From: Amoebophrya sp. A120
Taxonomy: Eukaryota; Protista; Dinoflagellata
Assembly: GCA_905178155.1 (NCBI GenBank)
Contig: CAJINV010000004.1
Span: 1-64,000, forward strand
Direction of reading: 5' to 3'
Length of the DNA: 64,000 bases
The translations under genes and the position numbers were made by a program. A model generated the notes under the pieces. It was not told the DNA's origin, did no database searches, and saw nothing but the letters and a program-made list of their open reading frames with translations. Below are positions 9,285 to 21,009 of the stretch, piece after piece; position 1 is the stretch's first letter; the number at the start of each line of letters is the position of its first letter.

Positions 9285-12200
9285 ATGTCGGTAAAAATCG
9301 TTGACGTAGACAAGACCGCCTTGGCGCTCACGCCAGAGTAACCAACTGCAATATAAAAATATGTCTGGGTGGTCTGGAAGATTCTTGCCAGATTTGTGAT
9401 ATTTGTCTGGCATGACTCTGAACTCTGAAATGCATAGCCACGAAGGACAAGGAATCGTCTTGCCTGGTGTCATGCAAAAGCGTAGTCTGTCATGCAGAAT
9501 ACGCAACACATATTAGATAGAAGCCTCCTGAAAACTTGTCATGCTTCGGCACGTACTGCAGTGTGCCTACCACTCCCAGACTTGCATTCCAACCTTCCAG
9601 ACCCAGACATATTTGCAATGCATACAGAGGGACGCATTTTCTTCAACCAGTTCCGCCCGGGCGAAAAATTGAAATTTGTCTCCTTCATCGGCGTATCCTG
9701 TGCAAAAGCAACATCGCACCCGTAGTAAGTAATCGCAGTCATGCGTTGCAAATTTATTTCTGAAGTTAAATCCACACTACAAATACAAATTTCATTTCAC
9801 ATGCTGAGGAAATTTGTCATGCGATTTATGCTAGTGCGCTCCTGCTTTTGCATTTCATACGGCGCGGGTCGTGTGGGGAAGAGTTGGCTCGCGTCAAGAT
9901 TTGCGGAACATGTGTGGTAAGTTCGCATGTCAGGATGAAGAAATAAAGAGAGACGCTTCCCCATAAAATTCCTTGCATTTGTCCGTTTTTTGAAGGGTTG
10001 TAATCGTTTTATTTACCAACGACAAATATATGCTGACGCCTAGGTGGTTGCTTCGCTCGATTTTGTTTTTTTTAATATGTGAAAGTGGTTCGGATGCCAA
10101 AAATAAGCCGTTTGATTCTTTCTTAACCCATTGGATGTTGGAAAAAGCAACAGACACCGGGCAACGCTGCGGCAAGAACTCTCTTTGATTCAGTACTGTA
10201 TTTTTCGTACTTGATTTACTAGGTACGATACGGTCCTTTCGGATCGCGAATATGGACCTGTCAGGATTGAAATCGTCAAAGTTGAAATGATTTGTGATGC
10301 ATAAAACGGATACCCGTTTGACCTATAGTTTGTAGTCGGTGCATGACAAATTTTCCCGGTTCTGGAAGCGAGTCTGTCATGCGGCTTAGGGCAAAAGAGC
10401 TGCCTTCTGTCATGCTAGTCAGGAGTCCAACTTTTGACCCTTGCCAGGACTATGCTCTGCCTCCCGTGCGTCCTCTGCAATAGAGTCAGTTTTTGTATCG
10501 CATTTCATGCATGACAAATCATTTCAACTTTGACGATTTCGATCCTGACACTCCCATAGCGAAGAGCGACGAGATATTCCCGTGCCATGGACGGGCGACA
10601 TTTTTTTCACGCGTGGAGAAGGTTATCCCGTGCAAAAGTATCGTACTCGTACTAATTGCAGTTATGCATTACAAATCTTTTTCTCAAGGCCAATCCGCAT
10701 TACAAATTTAATTTGTAATGCTGAGATAATTTGTATTGCAATTTATACTAGTACGATACTTTTGCAGTTCATAAAGGTGAAGCAGTTACCAAAGGTATCT
10801 GGGCGTTCGCGCTGAGACCAAATGACCAGGTAAGTTAGTACAAAAAAATTGAAAATTACCGTGACAAAATAGAATAAGAGTCTTTCCCTCTGTTCTTGCG
10901 CAATTTCTATTCATCATCATCGCTTTCGACTAGGTTTTGGGCCAGGAAGAGGGTTCTTTTGCTCTATCTGAGTGTCTTGAAATCACAATAAAATCTGCAG
11001 GACCCAGATAACGCCACTGATCATGAGAACGGCGGCGCGGAAGATCCTGGCGGCGCGCCGCCGGGTGGCTCCAGTAGAACGACGGACAACGACGACGACC
11101 AAGAAAGCGCAGACAGCAGCGAGACTCGGGGCGCCTCCGCTACCATCGTTATTCTGGATTGCGAAGGATCTGATAACCTGCTGGATTCGCAGCAGGAAAA
11201 CACCATCGCGAAGCAGATCCAGGCCATCTCTTTTTTTCTGGCGGGCCGCGGTTCCGTCGTGTTCGTGGAGACAGACCGCCTGCGGACCCTATCAAGTGTA
11301 AAAATGTCTGGGTCTGGAAGAATCCGAACTTGTGATGCTGCATTTGGATTCCAAAAAAATCTGTATTGCATGAGTACCAAAGGGAATGCAATTTTTGCTA
11401 CGCTGAGAAGGCATTTGTCATGCGGAATAGGCAGCGCGAGGTCCTCAAAAAATCTGTAATGCTAGGGCGTGCATCGCAGACATCATGGCCCAGGCAAAAC
11501 ATGCGTGACAAGTCTCAGAATCTTCCAGACCCAGACACTTTTACGTTTGATAGACCCAGAGCATCGACGATATCCTACGAAAAAAGTGTTGCAGTTACAC
11601 ATTTGTGCCCAAGTCAGCAACACGAAAATTCTCTGCGTCAGGAAGAAAATTTGCAATGCAGAGATCAAAAGGGAAAACGCGGATGAAACAAGAAGGTTCC
11701 TATGCATATCCAGCATGACATACCTTGTCTGTCTTGCTCGGCCTGCAGCACAATGTGTTGTAACTGTAGCACTTTTTTCTTGGCATAGACGACCTGGCCC
11801 GCATATTGGATGTCAAGCTCGAGGATGAAGATCTGTGTATGCAGTAAAAGATTATAATAATCGCACTAGGTGGTAGTTGTGTGAGGAATCAATTGCATTT
11901 ACAACCTTTGAGATGGGGTTTGTCATGCATCGCTGCAAGTAGGTTTAGTGCGATATTAATTCTTTTGCATTGCATACTGTATAGCCTGCAGCAACTTTTC
12001 GTCGTGGTAAACAAGGAAACCCTCGTATCAAGACTAAAAACGTCCCCACTGCCCCCGAGTTGTCATGTAATATGGCGTCCTTGTTAGCATTATTTGTGTT
12101 TCTGATGCGCACCAGCCTCATGAAAAGTATTTTGTATAGTGTTTTGGAATTTGTGATCCTCGAATCAGCATAAAATGTTACCATATTTGTGATGCCGCTG

Positions 12201-15200
12201 CGCAGTTCGCCAAACAGGATTACACTACGGCCTAAAACTTGTCATGCGTATACAACCAAAGCTGGTTGCTTTGCCTACGCCGCTTTAAGTATTGCCATCT
12301 TGACTCTGGGGAGGTGAGTACGTTTTTACAAATGATACCCCGGCAGCTCCTTTGGCTTGGAGCAGCTGCTCGAGAAACAAAAGCGGTATCCTGTGGAAAG
12401 ACGTACAACCCGTCCTCTCCAAAGTTGTCTTTGTCATGCAAATCTGCATACTCTTACTCACCTGCAGTGTCTCTCATCCTCAGCAGGAGCTCCATGGGAG
12501 ACGCTTTATAAGCGAAGTTTTGGCTTTTCGTTTTTGTCTCGCTAGAATCAGGATGCCGCGGGTGCGGCAGCCAAAGCTATTTGTCTTTGTGTAGGAGCAA
12601 ACTTCCCTTCGGGATTTTGGTTTTCAACATATCGACTTTGGGACGTGATGGACGTTTTGGCACAGGATGAGCGGCCCTCTTGCCTGAAGATCGGCCAGGA
12701 GTTCGCAAAGGAGCGAAGAAATTTATGGGATTCTCAAACGTTACACTGGCTCTGTTTGCAGTGACATGGTTCTCCATTTGAAGATTGCATAGGCAAGTAG
12801 ACTAGCAAACCCAAATAAAGCGAAAGGGGTGACAAAGAAGCTTGGTCGTCGTGCCATAGTGATTGCGCGGGACAAGAAGTCATGTAATTGTAAGTACAGC
12901 GACCAATATAAAAACGCTTGCGAATGCCATATTTTTTTTTCCGGATTCCCACATTCTTCGCACGCACTAGCTCCACAAGCACCACTGCGGTACAGGATTG
13001 CGTCACCTACTCGGACCTTACCCTAGAGGACGCGCTAGACCAGCTTTTCTGCTGCATACAAAGGATATCCTCCGCAAAAGCATCGCACTAGTACTAGTAG
13101 GGGCAGATCGCATGACAAGTTTCATACGCACCATAAGTAGAAACAAATGGAATTTGTGATGCGGAGTTAAGTATCTAAAATTAGTGCGATACTTTTGCAC
13201 TTGATAAAGGAAAACGCCGGTGAGCAACCTCGGTGGTATAAACTCGATAAGAGGACCGTACAAATTTTATACCTTAGGTAACAAGCGCTACGATTATAAA
13301 AAGGAACACCTCCGCTGCTCCAGCTTCTACAAATGCCATACACTACGCGTGACATAACGCACGGAGATAATGATGCTCGTAAGAACTACAGGCAAGATCA
13401 AGATGAGCAAAAATATTTCATGAAGTGATACGAATTCGACGCGCACGACGAGTTTGTGAAGATTAACAACGAGCAGGCTCATATCTTAGAAAAAAAAGAA
13501 CTGCTGCATAAAGAAGAAATAGGTGACTTGGGGTGAAAATTCGAATTCCTTATGTGAAGAAAGTAAAAATCGCCGCGGAACACCAGGTCCCGAGTGCGCG
13601 CGAGCCGTCACCGGATATCTTATCCCACGAAAAATAAAAAAGTGTCACAGTTACACATTTGTAGTCAATTCAGCAACACAAATTTCTCTGCATGAGAGAG
13701 AAAGCTTGTAATGCAGAAATCCTACGGGAAAACACCTATGAAACGAGGCTCCTATGCATATCCGGCATGACAGAGCTTTTCCGTCTTGCTTGGCCTGCAT
13801 AGACTATGTGTGTAATTGTAGCACTTTTTTCTTGCGATATATCTGAACATGGACGCACTGGAGGACACGCTCCAGGAACTTCTGGACCTCGTATGATTTG
13901 CGAAAGTATATAAGCGTACTAGTAGAAATTGAAATCGCATGAAAAGTCCCCTCAGCATAAGAAAGGGAATTTGTAATGCGGATTTAGCATGAGAAGGAGA
14001 TTTGTAATGCATGACCGGTAGACGAGGTCCCAGACCGAAGTGGTAGGCGCTTAGGGTGAACTATGTATGTAGCGCTTAGGGCCCTTCCGTACGGCCAATT
14101 TGTATGTCCCGCAACGGGGTTCGCCTAAATCGGTCACTTGTATGCAAGGCGTTGGGTTACCCGGTCGGCAGAGCCGATCCACAACGAACGAACGAACGAT
14201 GACTGCGATTATGATTAAAACGAGTGCGACGATGCTTTTGCAGTCAATACCTCGAACTGGCCGACTACTCCCGGGATTTGCTTTATGGCGTTCTCAAACG
14301 TTACACTCTCAATCGTTACATGAATTTCAATTTGTCATGCAGGACCACTACCACGCTTCTCACAATCAAGCTTCTTCGCATGACAAGTTCTCGACAAGCT
14401 AAATAGCATTGATTACAATCCGTGCCAAATCTGTAATGCAAGACGCGCAAGGTCCCCCCTTTCACTTTTGCTGTTCTCGCATCACAAACTCATGCAACAG
14501 CTGCGAACGCTGTAACGTTTGAGAACGCCATATGCTTCCGATGCTTCTTCGAACAGACGACCAGGAGGACTACGTGGATCATTCGCGGGTATTAAAAACT
14601 AATTACATGCTTATGCTGAAGCATTCTTCACTGATGAAAGTAATTCGTCTACTTCCGCATACTAGTTATAAACATGGAACCAGATCAGCCAGCACTTTTT
14701 TTTTCCCAAACTAGCCGCGAGGTCTACCTCTTTTGGTAGAAGTGCAAACCAGAGCATCTTAAAAATTTGGTAGAACAGAAACAGCAAGAAACAGCAGAGC
14801 AAGAGCTTGTCTTGGTGGAAGTGCAAGAAAAAAAGTGGTTGGACCAGCAGCAAGAGTTTCACAGATGTACAACTAGAGCCGTGTGCTGTTGTTCTGCCGG
14901 TAGTCGTTGAAAACTCGATTACTTACTTATGAAATGTGGAAGTGCTTGATCTTTGCGACTCATCCCACTTCCAGGCCCCGGCTAGTAGCATCGCCTCTAC
15001 TGTTGCCGCTGAGTCAGCTTCTACCTCCTCTACTTCCGCGGGTGAAGCGAGCAAAGCGAAAGCGGCTAGCAGCGGAACCATCGATCCGGTAACGAAGTCA
15101 GACTGGACATGCAAAGTTGACTATCGCAAGAAAAAGTGTTACAGTTGCACATTGTGTTGCAGGCCAAGCAAGACAGACAAGCTCTGTCATGCCGGATATG

Positions 15201-18200
15201 CATGAAGCCTCCTTTCATAGGTATTTTCCCGTAGGATTTCTGCACTTCAAGTTTTCTCTCTCATGCAGAGAAATTTGTGTTGCTGAATTGACAACAAATG
15301 TGTAACTGTAACACTTTTTTCGTTCGATATTGACGAGGAGTTAAGCCTGTCCTTCGACGACCTCTGTCGGTCGTCCGTGGCGGAGCTGACCCAGATCCTG
15401 TTGGACGCGCTTCAGCGGCGGCCGCTCGACCTGCCACATGATATTCTTTGCAAAAGTAGAAAAATCGACGTATTAGTACGTCTACGTGGTATTATTAAAA
15501 ACTATTGCAATTGTACACATTTGCTGCTCAGCATGTAGAAGTTGACAAATGGAACAATATTTCATGCTGATTTAGCTTGGGAGAAAGATGATTTGTCTTG
15601 TATGACTGCGATTCGACGTACGAGCACGAGTGGAAGAATACCTTTTGCATCGAGGATAACTGACCCGGCCCAGCAAGTCGCGTACCTGCAAGCTCAGCAG
15701 CAGAAAGAGCAAACTATGAGGAAACAAGCGCGGGGAGGCGCCGGGGCGTCTTCAAGTAGTAGCACAACATCACTCGGGTCCTCGGATCTGCACAAGTTCG
15801 ACGCTTCCATGCAGGTCTGTGTGACCAAGTTCCAGCGCAAACCCTACGTGCGGTACGCCAACGTCCGGGCGCCCCAGATATGGAAGTGTCAGAATCGAAA
15901 TTGACAAAATCGATGCACAAAATCGATGCCAGTTAGACCTACAGTTTTTTGTGGGCGCATGACAAATTCTCCCCGTCCTGGAAGCGAATCTGCCATGCGG
16001 TTTAGGGCAAAAGAGCTGCCTTCTGTCATGCTAATCAGCAGCCCAACACCGAACCCGTGCCAGGACTACAATCCGCCTTCCTTGCATCCTCTGCACGAGA
16101 GTCGCTTTTTGCGTAGGATTTTATGCATTACAGATCATTTCGATTTTGTTGATTTCGATCCTGACACATCCATACCAGATTGTGGACAATTATTCGAAAA
16201 AGCTGGAAGCCGAGCTGATAGGACAGTGCACAAGAACTCGAACTCCCCCTGCTCCCCCGCATTTTCCATGCAAAATGCAGAGTGGTCCACATCGTGGCTC
16301 GTGCCTTTAGACACTTTGCGCGTGAGTGCCGAATGAACAGGACTGCGCTTTTCCATTTCAGGATTTGTCATGCAAACGCTACATTTGTGGCATTGCTTCT
16401 GTTGCTGCTCATGCTATACAAATGAGGAAGAGGGGGAGTTGTGCACCCTCATAACTGACCGCAATGGTCCTGAAGCAGCGGCACTTCGCGAAGCTCGTAC
16501 TCGTCACGAAAAGGATCCTCGAGTGTCTCGTCGAAATGTTCGTGTTGCAGCTCGAGGCCGACAGTCTGGAGAAGCTGATGGCAGGAGCACCAGGAGGGTC
16601 TACGTCATCTGCGGCTTCGTCCATAGGCGACGAGCAACATGCGGGTCGCGCTAGTACTGCCGCGTCTAACTCGGAGAAAAACGGCAAATCTACGACCAGC
16701 GGAACGTCCACCACGGCGACAGGAACGCTATGAGAGTGCACAAGAACTCTCATCCCTCCCCCTCATTTGTATATGCAAAATCCGAAATCCTATCGTTGTG
16801 TTGTAGCTGTAGCACGGTTTATCGCATGACAAATCTCGGAAGGAGCCCAAAGAACGCTACTACGTTAGGCACATCAACTTGTCTTGCACAGGCTCCATGT
16901 GTTGTTGTTGAGCTGGTGTCTTTATTGCTGTCCATGCGAAACAATTACCAATGAGGGGGAGGGGGACGAGTTGTGCACTCTCATAAACGCCCGAGCTGGA
17001 ACAAGAAGAAAAGGCCGACGTCGCCACGTCGGGCCCTGTTGCAGCAGCAGGAGATCCTGCTGCTCTATCCAGCACTTCTGCTGCATCTACCATAAACAGG
17101 ACCGCTGAAGTAGACACAACATCACCAGCACCAACCGCGGAATTATCGAGCACAGTCAATCACGACCCAGCACCATCATCAATACTGGGGGACAGCGAGC
17201 CTGTGTCTTCGGAGACCACGACCAGCCGAGCAAAAGAAGTAAACCGACTCTCTATCAAAAGGGAAAATCTCCCCTGCCCATACTGCAAAAGTGTATTTGT
17301 GGAAATTTGTGATGCCGATTTGTGGTCACAAATCGCGTCTGTCTTGCAAGAGGGCAACTCCGCAGGCCCCGCGGCATTGTGCAGGTAGTTTCTCATGCTG
17401 TTGGTCCTACAGCGCGGATGTTTTTCATGCTAAGCGCCTAGGCCGCAACCTCTCTACTCGCGCGTAGTATGTGTATGGGCCTTCAGTGCTTTCCAGCAAG
17501 ACAGCTCGGATTTGTGTACACAGATCCAGCATCAGCGATTTCGTTTTGATATGGGGAGGGGGGTTCTTTCGTTTTGATACTCTCATCGGCACAAACAGTG
17601 GCATCGGGCGGCGGCAGCAGCTCCGCCACCGCTAGCAGCACAGGCGGTGGTCGAAAACTGAAGTCTATCAAATGTAAAAATGTCTGGGTCTGGAAGAATG
17701 CAAGTTGTCATGCTCAATCTGAAGCATGCAAAAATCTGTGTTGCATGATTACCAAAAGTCGTCCAGTTTTGGCCAAGTCGGGGGGGAGTTTCTCATGCAG
17801 GATAGGCATGAGAGAGATCGCACAGAATCTGTCATGCTAGGTCCTGCATTCCAGGCTTCATGGGTCATGGAAAAGCTGCATGACAAATCGCGCATTCTTC
17901 CAGACCCAGACACTTTTCCATTTGATAAAGTCGATTACGGGGGAGTCGGTCAAAGTGCGAAGTCTGCTCTCGTATGATAGCCAGATTCTGGACAAGCTGC
18001 TACAGCAGTGGGAACAAAATCCAGTAGTGCTGCAGATTGAAAACGAGGCTTCCACTCTGGAGATACAACAACTAGCGACGACGTTATCTTCTTCCAGCAA
18101 CGTCAAGGCTGTAAACAGAATGAATACTGCAGCGCAAAACAAATACATAAACTCGACGTCTTATCCTGTGCAAATAAAGTATCGCACTCGTAGTAATTGC

Positions 18201-19910
18201 AGTCATGCATTTACAAATCTCGTTCCCAAGGAAAATCAGCATGACAAATTGCATTTGTCATGCTGAGGAAATTTGTCATGCAATTTATACTAGGGCGATA
18301 TTTTTGCACAGCATACGTCTTCGGTCCTCTCGTTTCGCGAGGAGAGCCGGCAGCTGGCAGCGACATACCGCAACCAGTTAGAATCCAGACTCCAGCAGAT
18401 CTACGTGTCGGAAGTGAATCAGAACTTGGACAAACTCGTCACCTTATGCACTGCACCTCTGTGCCTGGGTCTGAAAATTTGTGTAGTTGCTGCGTTCGAC
18501 CTTCATTGCAGCAGGGTGGCCGTCGCTGTCCGCTAGTACGGCAGAAAAAATCGACTTAAATAATGTAATGTGCGGAGGCCTGCAGCTACTGACTTGTTGC
18601 TAAAAACACGCGTGACAGATAACTGCCATCCTGTTCATGCATCACCCGATGAAAGAGCTGCTGGCAAGAACGCACTCCTATTCATGGATCACAGATCTGG
18701 TTCTAGTCCTTCACATTTCGCAATCACAAATCCAGAATATCAGAGACAACACGTTTGCATTTGATACACCATCCTCCTTGAGCGGCTGCAGCTTCCGTCG
18801 GGCGTCTTCGGCTTCATGCACAACGCAAGCTACGACGACAGTAGTACGCAAGCCATCCTTCGCGATTTTGAGTACAACCACTCTGTGCAGAGCGTCAAGA
18901 TCGCGTCCCACAGCAGCATATCCATCAAAATTGCAAAACTATCGTACTCAGTACGTAATCGCTGCATAACAAATTTTTTGCTCAGCGCGACAATGAATTG
19001 GAATTTGTCAACATATGTAAATTATTAATTACCTAGTGGTCTTCACGCATGATTGCGCTTACAAATATGACTGCGATAGTACATTTGCACAGGATACAGC
19101 ATCAGCTCCGACTCGAATTCTCCCATGAAATTGCTCGCAAGCAACTACGGAGGAGGCCCCAACGCAAGAACAAACAATGGCGAACAGGGTGGATCGAACG
19201 AAATGAAGATGAATGCAACCCCGAAGACCACTTCATCCGCAACAAACATGGCGGCAGATGAAACTACAGAGAGCGGCGGTGCAGTCGTAGATCCCCAAGA
19301 CTTGCTCAGTGCGGGGGAACTGAAAAAGGCGAGTCTGTATCCCAAGGAAAACAAAAGTGTAGTTGCAGCTAAATGTATAGATAAAGATATAAACATTTTT
19401 TTTTTTTAATTTCGGCATACACAAACTTGATGCAGCTCTGCATGAAAGACAAAACGTGAATACTAAGTCACTTAGAACTCACAAGGGCGGAGGAAAAGGA
19501 AAACAAAGATGAACCTCGATGGGGGTTGCTGAGCAACTACATGTAAGGAAAGCCAGAACTTGTCTGTTTGCCTTGGTCTGCATGCAAATTAAGAGTCGTG
19601 TGTAGTTGCACACTAAACACTTTTTTCTCTCCATACTCTTTTAAAGGAGACAGTGGACCGGTACCGGCATAAGCTGCGGTACGCCGTCCAAGAAAGGATC
19701 CGGATGCACAACGAGAAAATTGTCACGCAACTCATCGTATGCACTGCAAAAGTATCGTACTCGTAGTAATCGCAGTCATGCATTACAAATCTAGTATATC
19801 AAGGTAAATCCGCATTACAAACTACGCTTGTAATGCTGAGCCAATTTGTAATGCAATTCATACTAGTACGATACCTTTGCAATGCATACATCGGGATGTT
19901 CCGGTGCTAA
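9285..19910 (+). CDS. Guanylate-binding protein/atlastin-family (GB1/RHD3-type) large GTPase, multi-exon; 3' extent less certain
   Basis: Removing introners and two GT-AG introns (9917-10222, 10830-11000) gives MSVKIVDV..FVSFIGAGRVGKSWLAS (GxxRxGKS), EAVTKGIWAF (G2) and IVILDCEG (G3). Spliced frame ends LIGMFRC-TAA at 19910. Some middle junctions (12.4-12.9 kb) were not resolved. Confidence 0.8.
9339..9624. mobile_element. Introner family A (TIR TATCAAATGYAAAARTGTCTGGGTCTGGAA), degenerate
   Basis: TA..TA ends, DR CAGAG; removal restores the GTPase frame. Confidence 0.8.
9694..9859. mobile_element. Introner family C (TIR TAT..TGCAAAAGYATCGYACT), splits the P-loop
   Basis: DR CGGCG; removal gives FIGAGRVGKS. 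Confidence 0.9.
10251..10558. mobile_element. Introner family D (TIR TATGGAAGYGTCAGGATYGAAATC)
   Basis: DR GCGAA, long TIR, frame restored. Confidence 0.9.
10624..10773. mobile_element. Introner family C
   Basis: DR AAGGT; removal gives GEGEAVTKGIW. Confidence 0.9.
11290..11552. mobile_element. Introner family A
   Basis: DR GACCC, ~30-bp TIR. Confidence 0.92.
11571..11787. mobile_element. Introner family B (TIR TATC..GAAAAAAGTGTTACAGTTACACA)
   Basis: DR GACGA; separated from the previous element by 18 nt. Confidence 0.9.
11838..11976. mobile_element. Introner family C, degenerate
   Basis: DR CTGTG/CTGTA; frame restored. Confidence 0.7.
12026..12337. mobile_element. Introner family E (TIR TATCCTRWGTAAAAACGTMCCCAC), degenerate
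   Basis: DR CCTCG/CCCCG. Confidence 0.75.
13066..13206. mobile_element. Introner family C
   Basis: DR AAGGA. Confidence 0.85.
13621..13839. mobile_element. Introner family B
   Basis: DR TATCT. Confidence 0.88.
13892..14249. mobile_element. Introner family C with nested insertion
   Basis: DR CCTCG; about twice the usual family-C length. Confidence 0.8.
14016..14198 (+). mobile_element. Nested SINE/non-LTR-like fragment
   Basis: Flanked by ATGAC duplication and ends in an (AACG)4 tail. Confidence 0.55.
14284..14532. mobile_element. Introner family F (TIR TATGGCGTTCTCAAACGTTACA)
   Basis: DR TGCTT, 22-bp perfect TIR. Confidence 0.92.
15122..15329. mobile_element. Introner family B
   Basis: DR TTGAC. 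Confidence 0.9.
15442..15658. mobile_element. Introner family C, degenerate
   Basis: DR CATGA/ACTGA. Confidence 0.6.
15879..16174. mobile_element. Introner family D
   Basis: DR CCAGA. Confidence 0.9.
16219..16453. mobile_element. Introner family G (TIR TA..GTGCACAACTCCCCCTCCCCCTCATTTGT)
   Basis: DR GCTGA/ACTGA. Confidence 0.8.
16729..16985. mobile_element. Introner family G
   Basis: DR AACGC; TIR TATGAGAGTGCACAA. Confidence 0.88.
17253..17579. mobile_element. Introner family H (TIR TATC..AGGAAAAATCCCCCCTCCCCATAT)
   Basis: DR CTCTC. Confidence 0.88.
17666..17927. mobile_element. Introner family A
   Basis: DR AAGTC. Confidence 0.92.
18162..18315. mobile_element. Introner family C
   Basis: DR CGTCT. 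Confidence 0.88.
18445..18766. mobile_element. Introner family A-like, highly degenerate
   Basis: DR CACCT/CACCA; TIR remnants. Confidence 0.6.
18919..19096. mobile_element. Introner family C
   Basis: DR CAGCA. Confidence 0.8.
19338..19635. mobile_element. Introner family B, degenerate
   Basis: TIR remnants; DR GTCTG/CTCTT; frame restored. Confidence 0.6.
19738..19888. mobile_element. Introner family C
   Basis: DR CATCG. Confidence 0.9.
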
Positions 19911-20429
19911 AAATCTCGAACAATTTGGTGAAGCCGCTCCACCCGAATAAAGACGTATGTGTTCGAAGTTCTTTCTGTCACCCAAGACGGACAGGCCACG
20001 AAAAAGAAAAACTCCGCCGAGATGAAGTAGATGCGCTGGGACGACGACGCGAAGCCGAAGTCGCTGCTCACTATCCGAAGATCCAGAGGGGAGGTTGCAG
20101 CATCCTTTATCGAGGCCGAAGACACAGTGACACGGAAAGTAAGAACGAAGGCGCTCGCTCGGGCTAGGGCAGCTTGGGACTTAAGTACAACAAAGATTGA
20201 AATTACAGCTACCTACGTAAAAACAAATAAAGAACGTTGCGAACAAGGCAAGCAAATTTTAATTTTCTTATACTTCAACTTCTTATTATTTCTCGAGACA
20301 GATCATGGAAACTACAAACTGCGACCCTACTCAACAATATTTTCAATAAGGGCACCAGCACAGTGATATGGCACGCGCGATGGTGATGTCACCGGCAGAT
20401 GAGCTTGAGCATAGAGACAAAGCATAGCA

Positions 20430-20658
20430 CGATTCGAAAACCGCTTCTTTCATAGAAAACTTTTTTGTAGGGCCAGCAAGAGGAGCCCAGTTTGTGCTCT
20501 GCGGAGAGGGCATTTCTCATGCGTAATAGGCATCAGTGAGCCCCCTAAATATCTGCAATGCTAGCTCATGCATTTGCATTACAGACATCATGGGTCATGC
20601 AAAAAGTGCATGACAAGCCTGGCAATCTTCCAGACCCAGACATATTTGCAGTTGATAT
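20430..20658. mobile_element. Family A remnant outside coding sequence (left TIR eroded)
   Basis: Right TIR CTTCCAGACCCAGACATATTTGCAGTTGATA is present; left boundary not found. Confidence 0.6.
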
Positions 20659-21009
20659 ACAAAGTTGGACCAGCACAATCTAGAAGTTCAGAGAGCTGCG
20701 ACGTCCACCTTCGAGAGCAGCAGGGACAGCGAGCAGAGAGATGACCAGATGACACTGAAAGTGAACAACAACAATCTATTTTCTCGCCGACGAACGAGAA
20801 ATATTGAATTTAAACAGCACGATCCGTCTACTACAAGGAAGTGAGCAACGCTAGACTTAAGGGCGGTGGTAGCTTGTAGTTGTAGTTTTGTCGACAAGAA
20901 TTAAGGGTTGTAGTTGACTGAGTTCGGTTTCCAAGAAACATATTCAAGAAATATTCTTCGACGTCGACCAAGTGCTGTGCACTACTACTAGTGCAAGTAA
21001 GTACTTATC

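Noticed and set aside
12386-12932. Two further degenerate introners (E-like ~12386-12510, F-like ~12724-12932); likewise ~29243-29395 and ~40586-40778
   Set aside because: TIR remnants are visible, but the DRs or frame could not be resolved confidently, so they are not listed as features.
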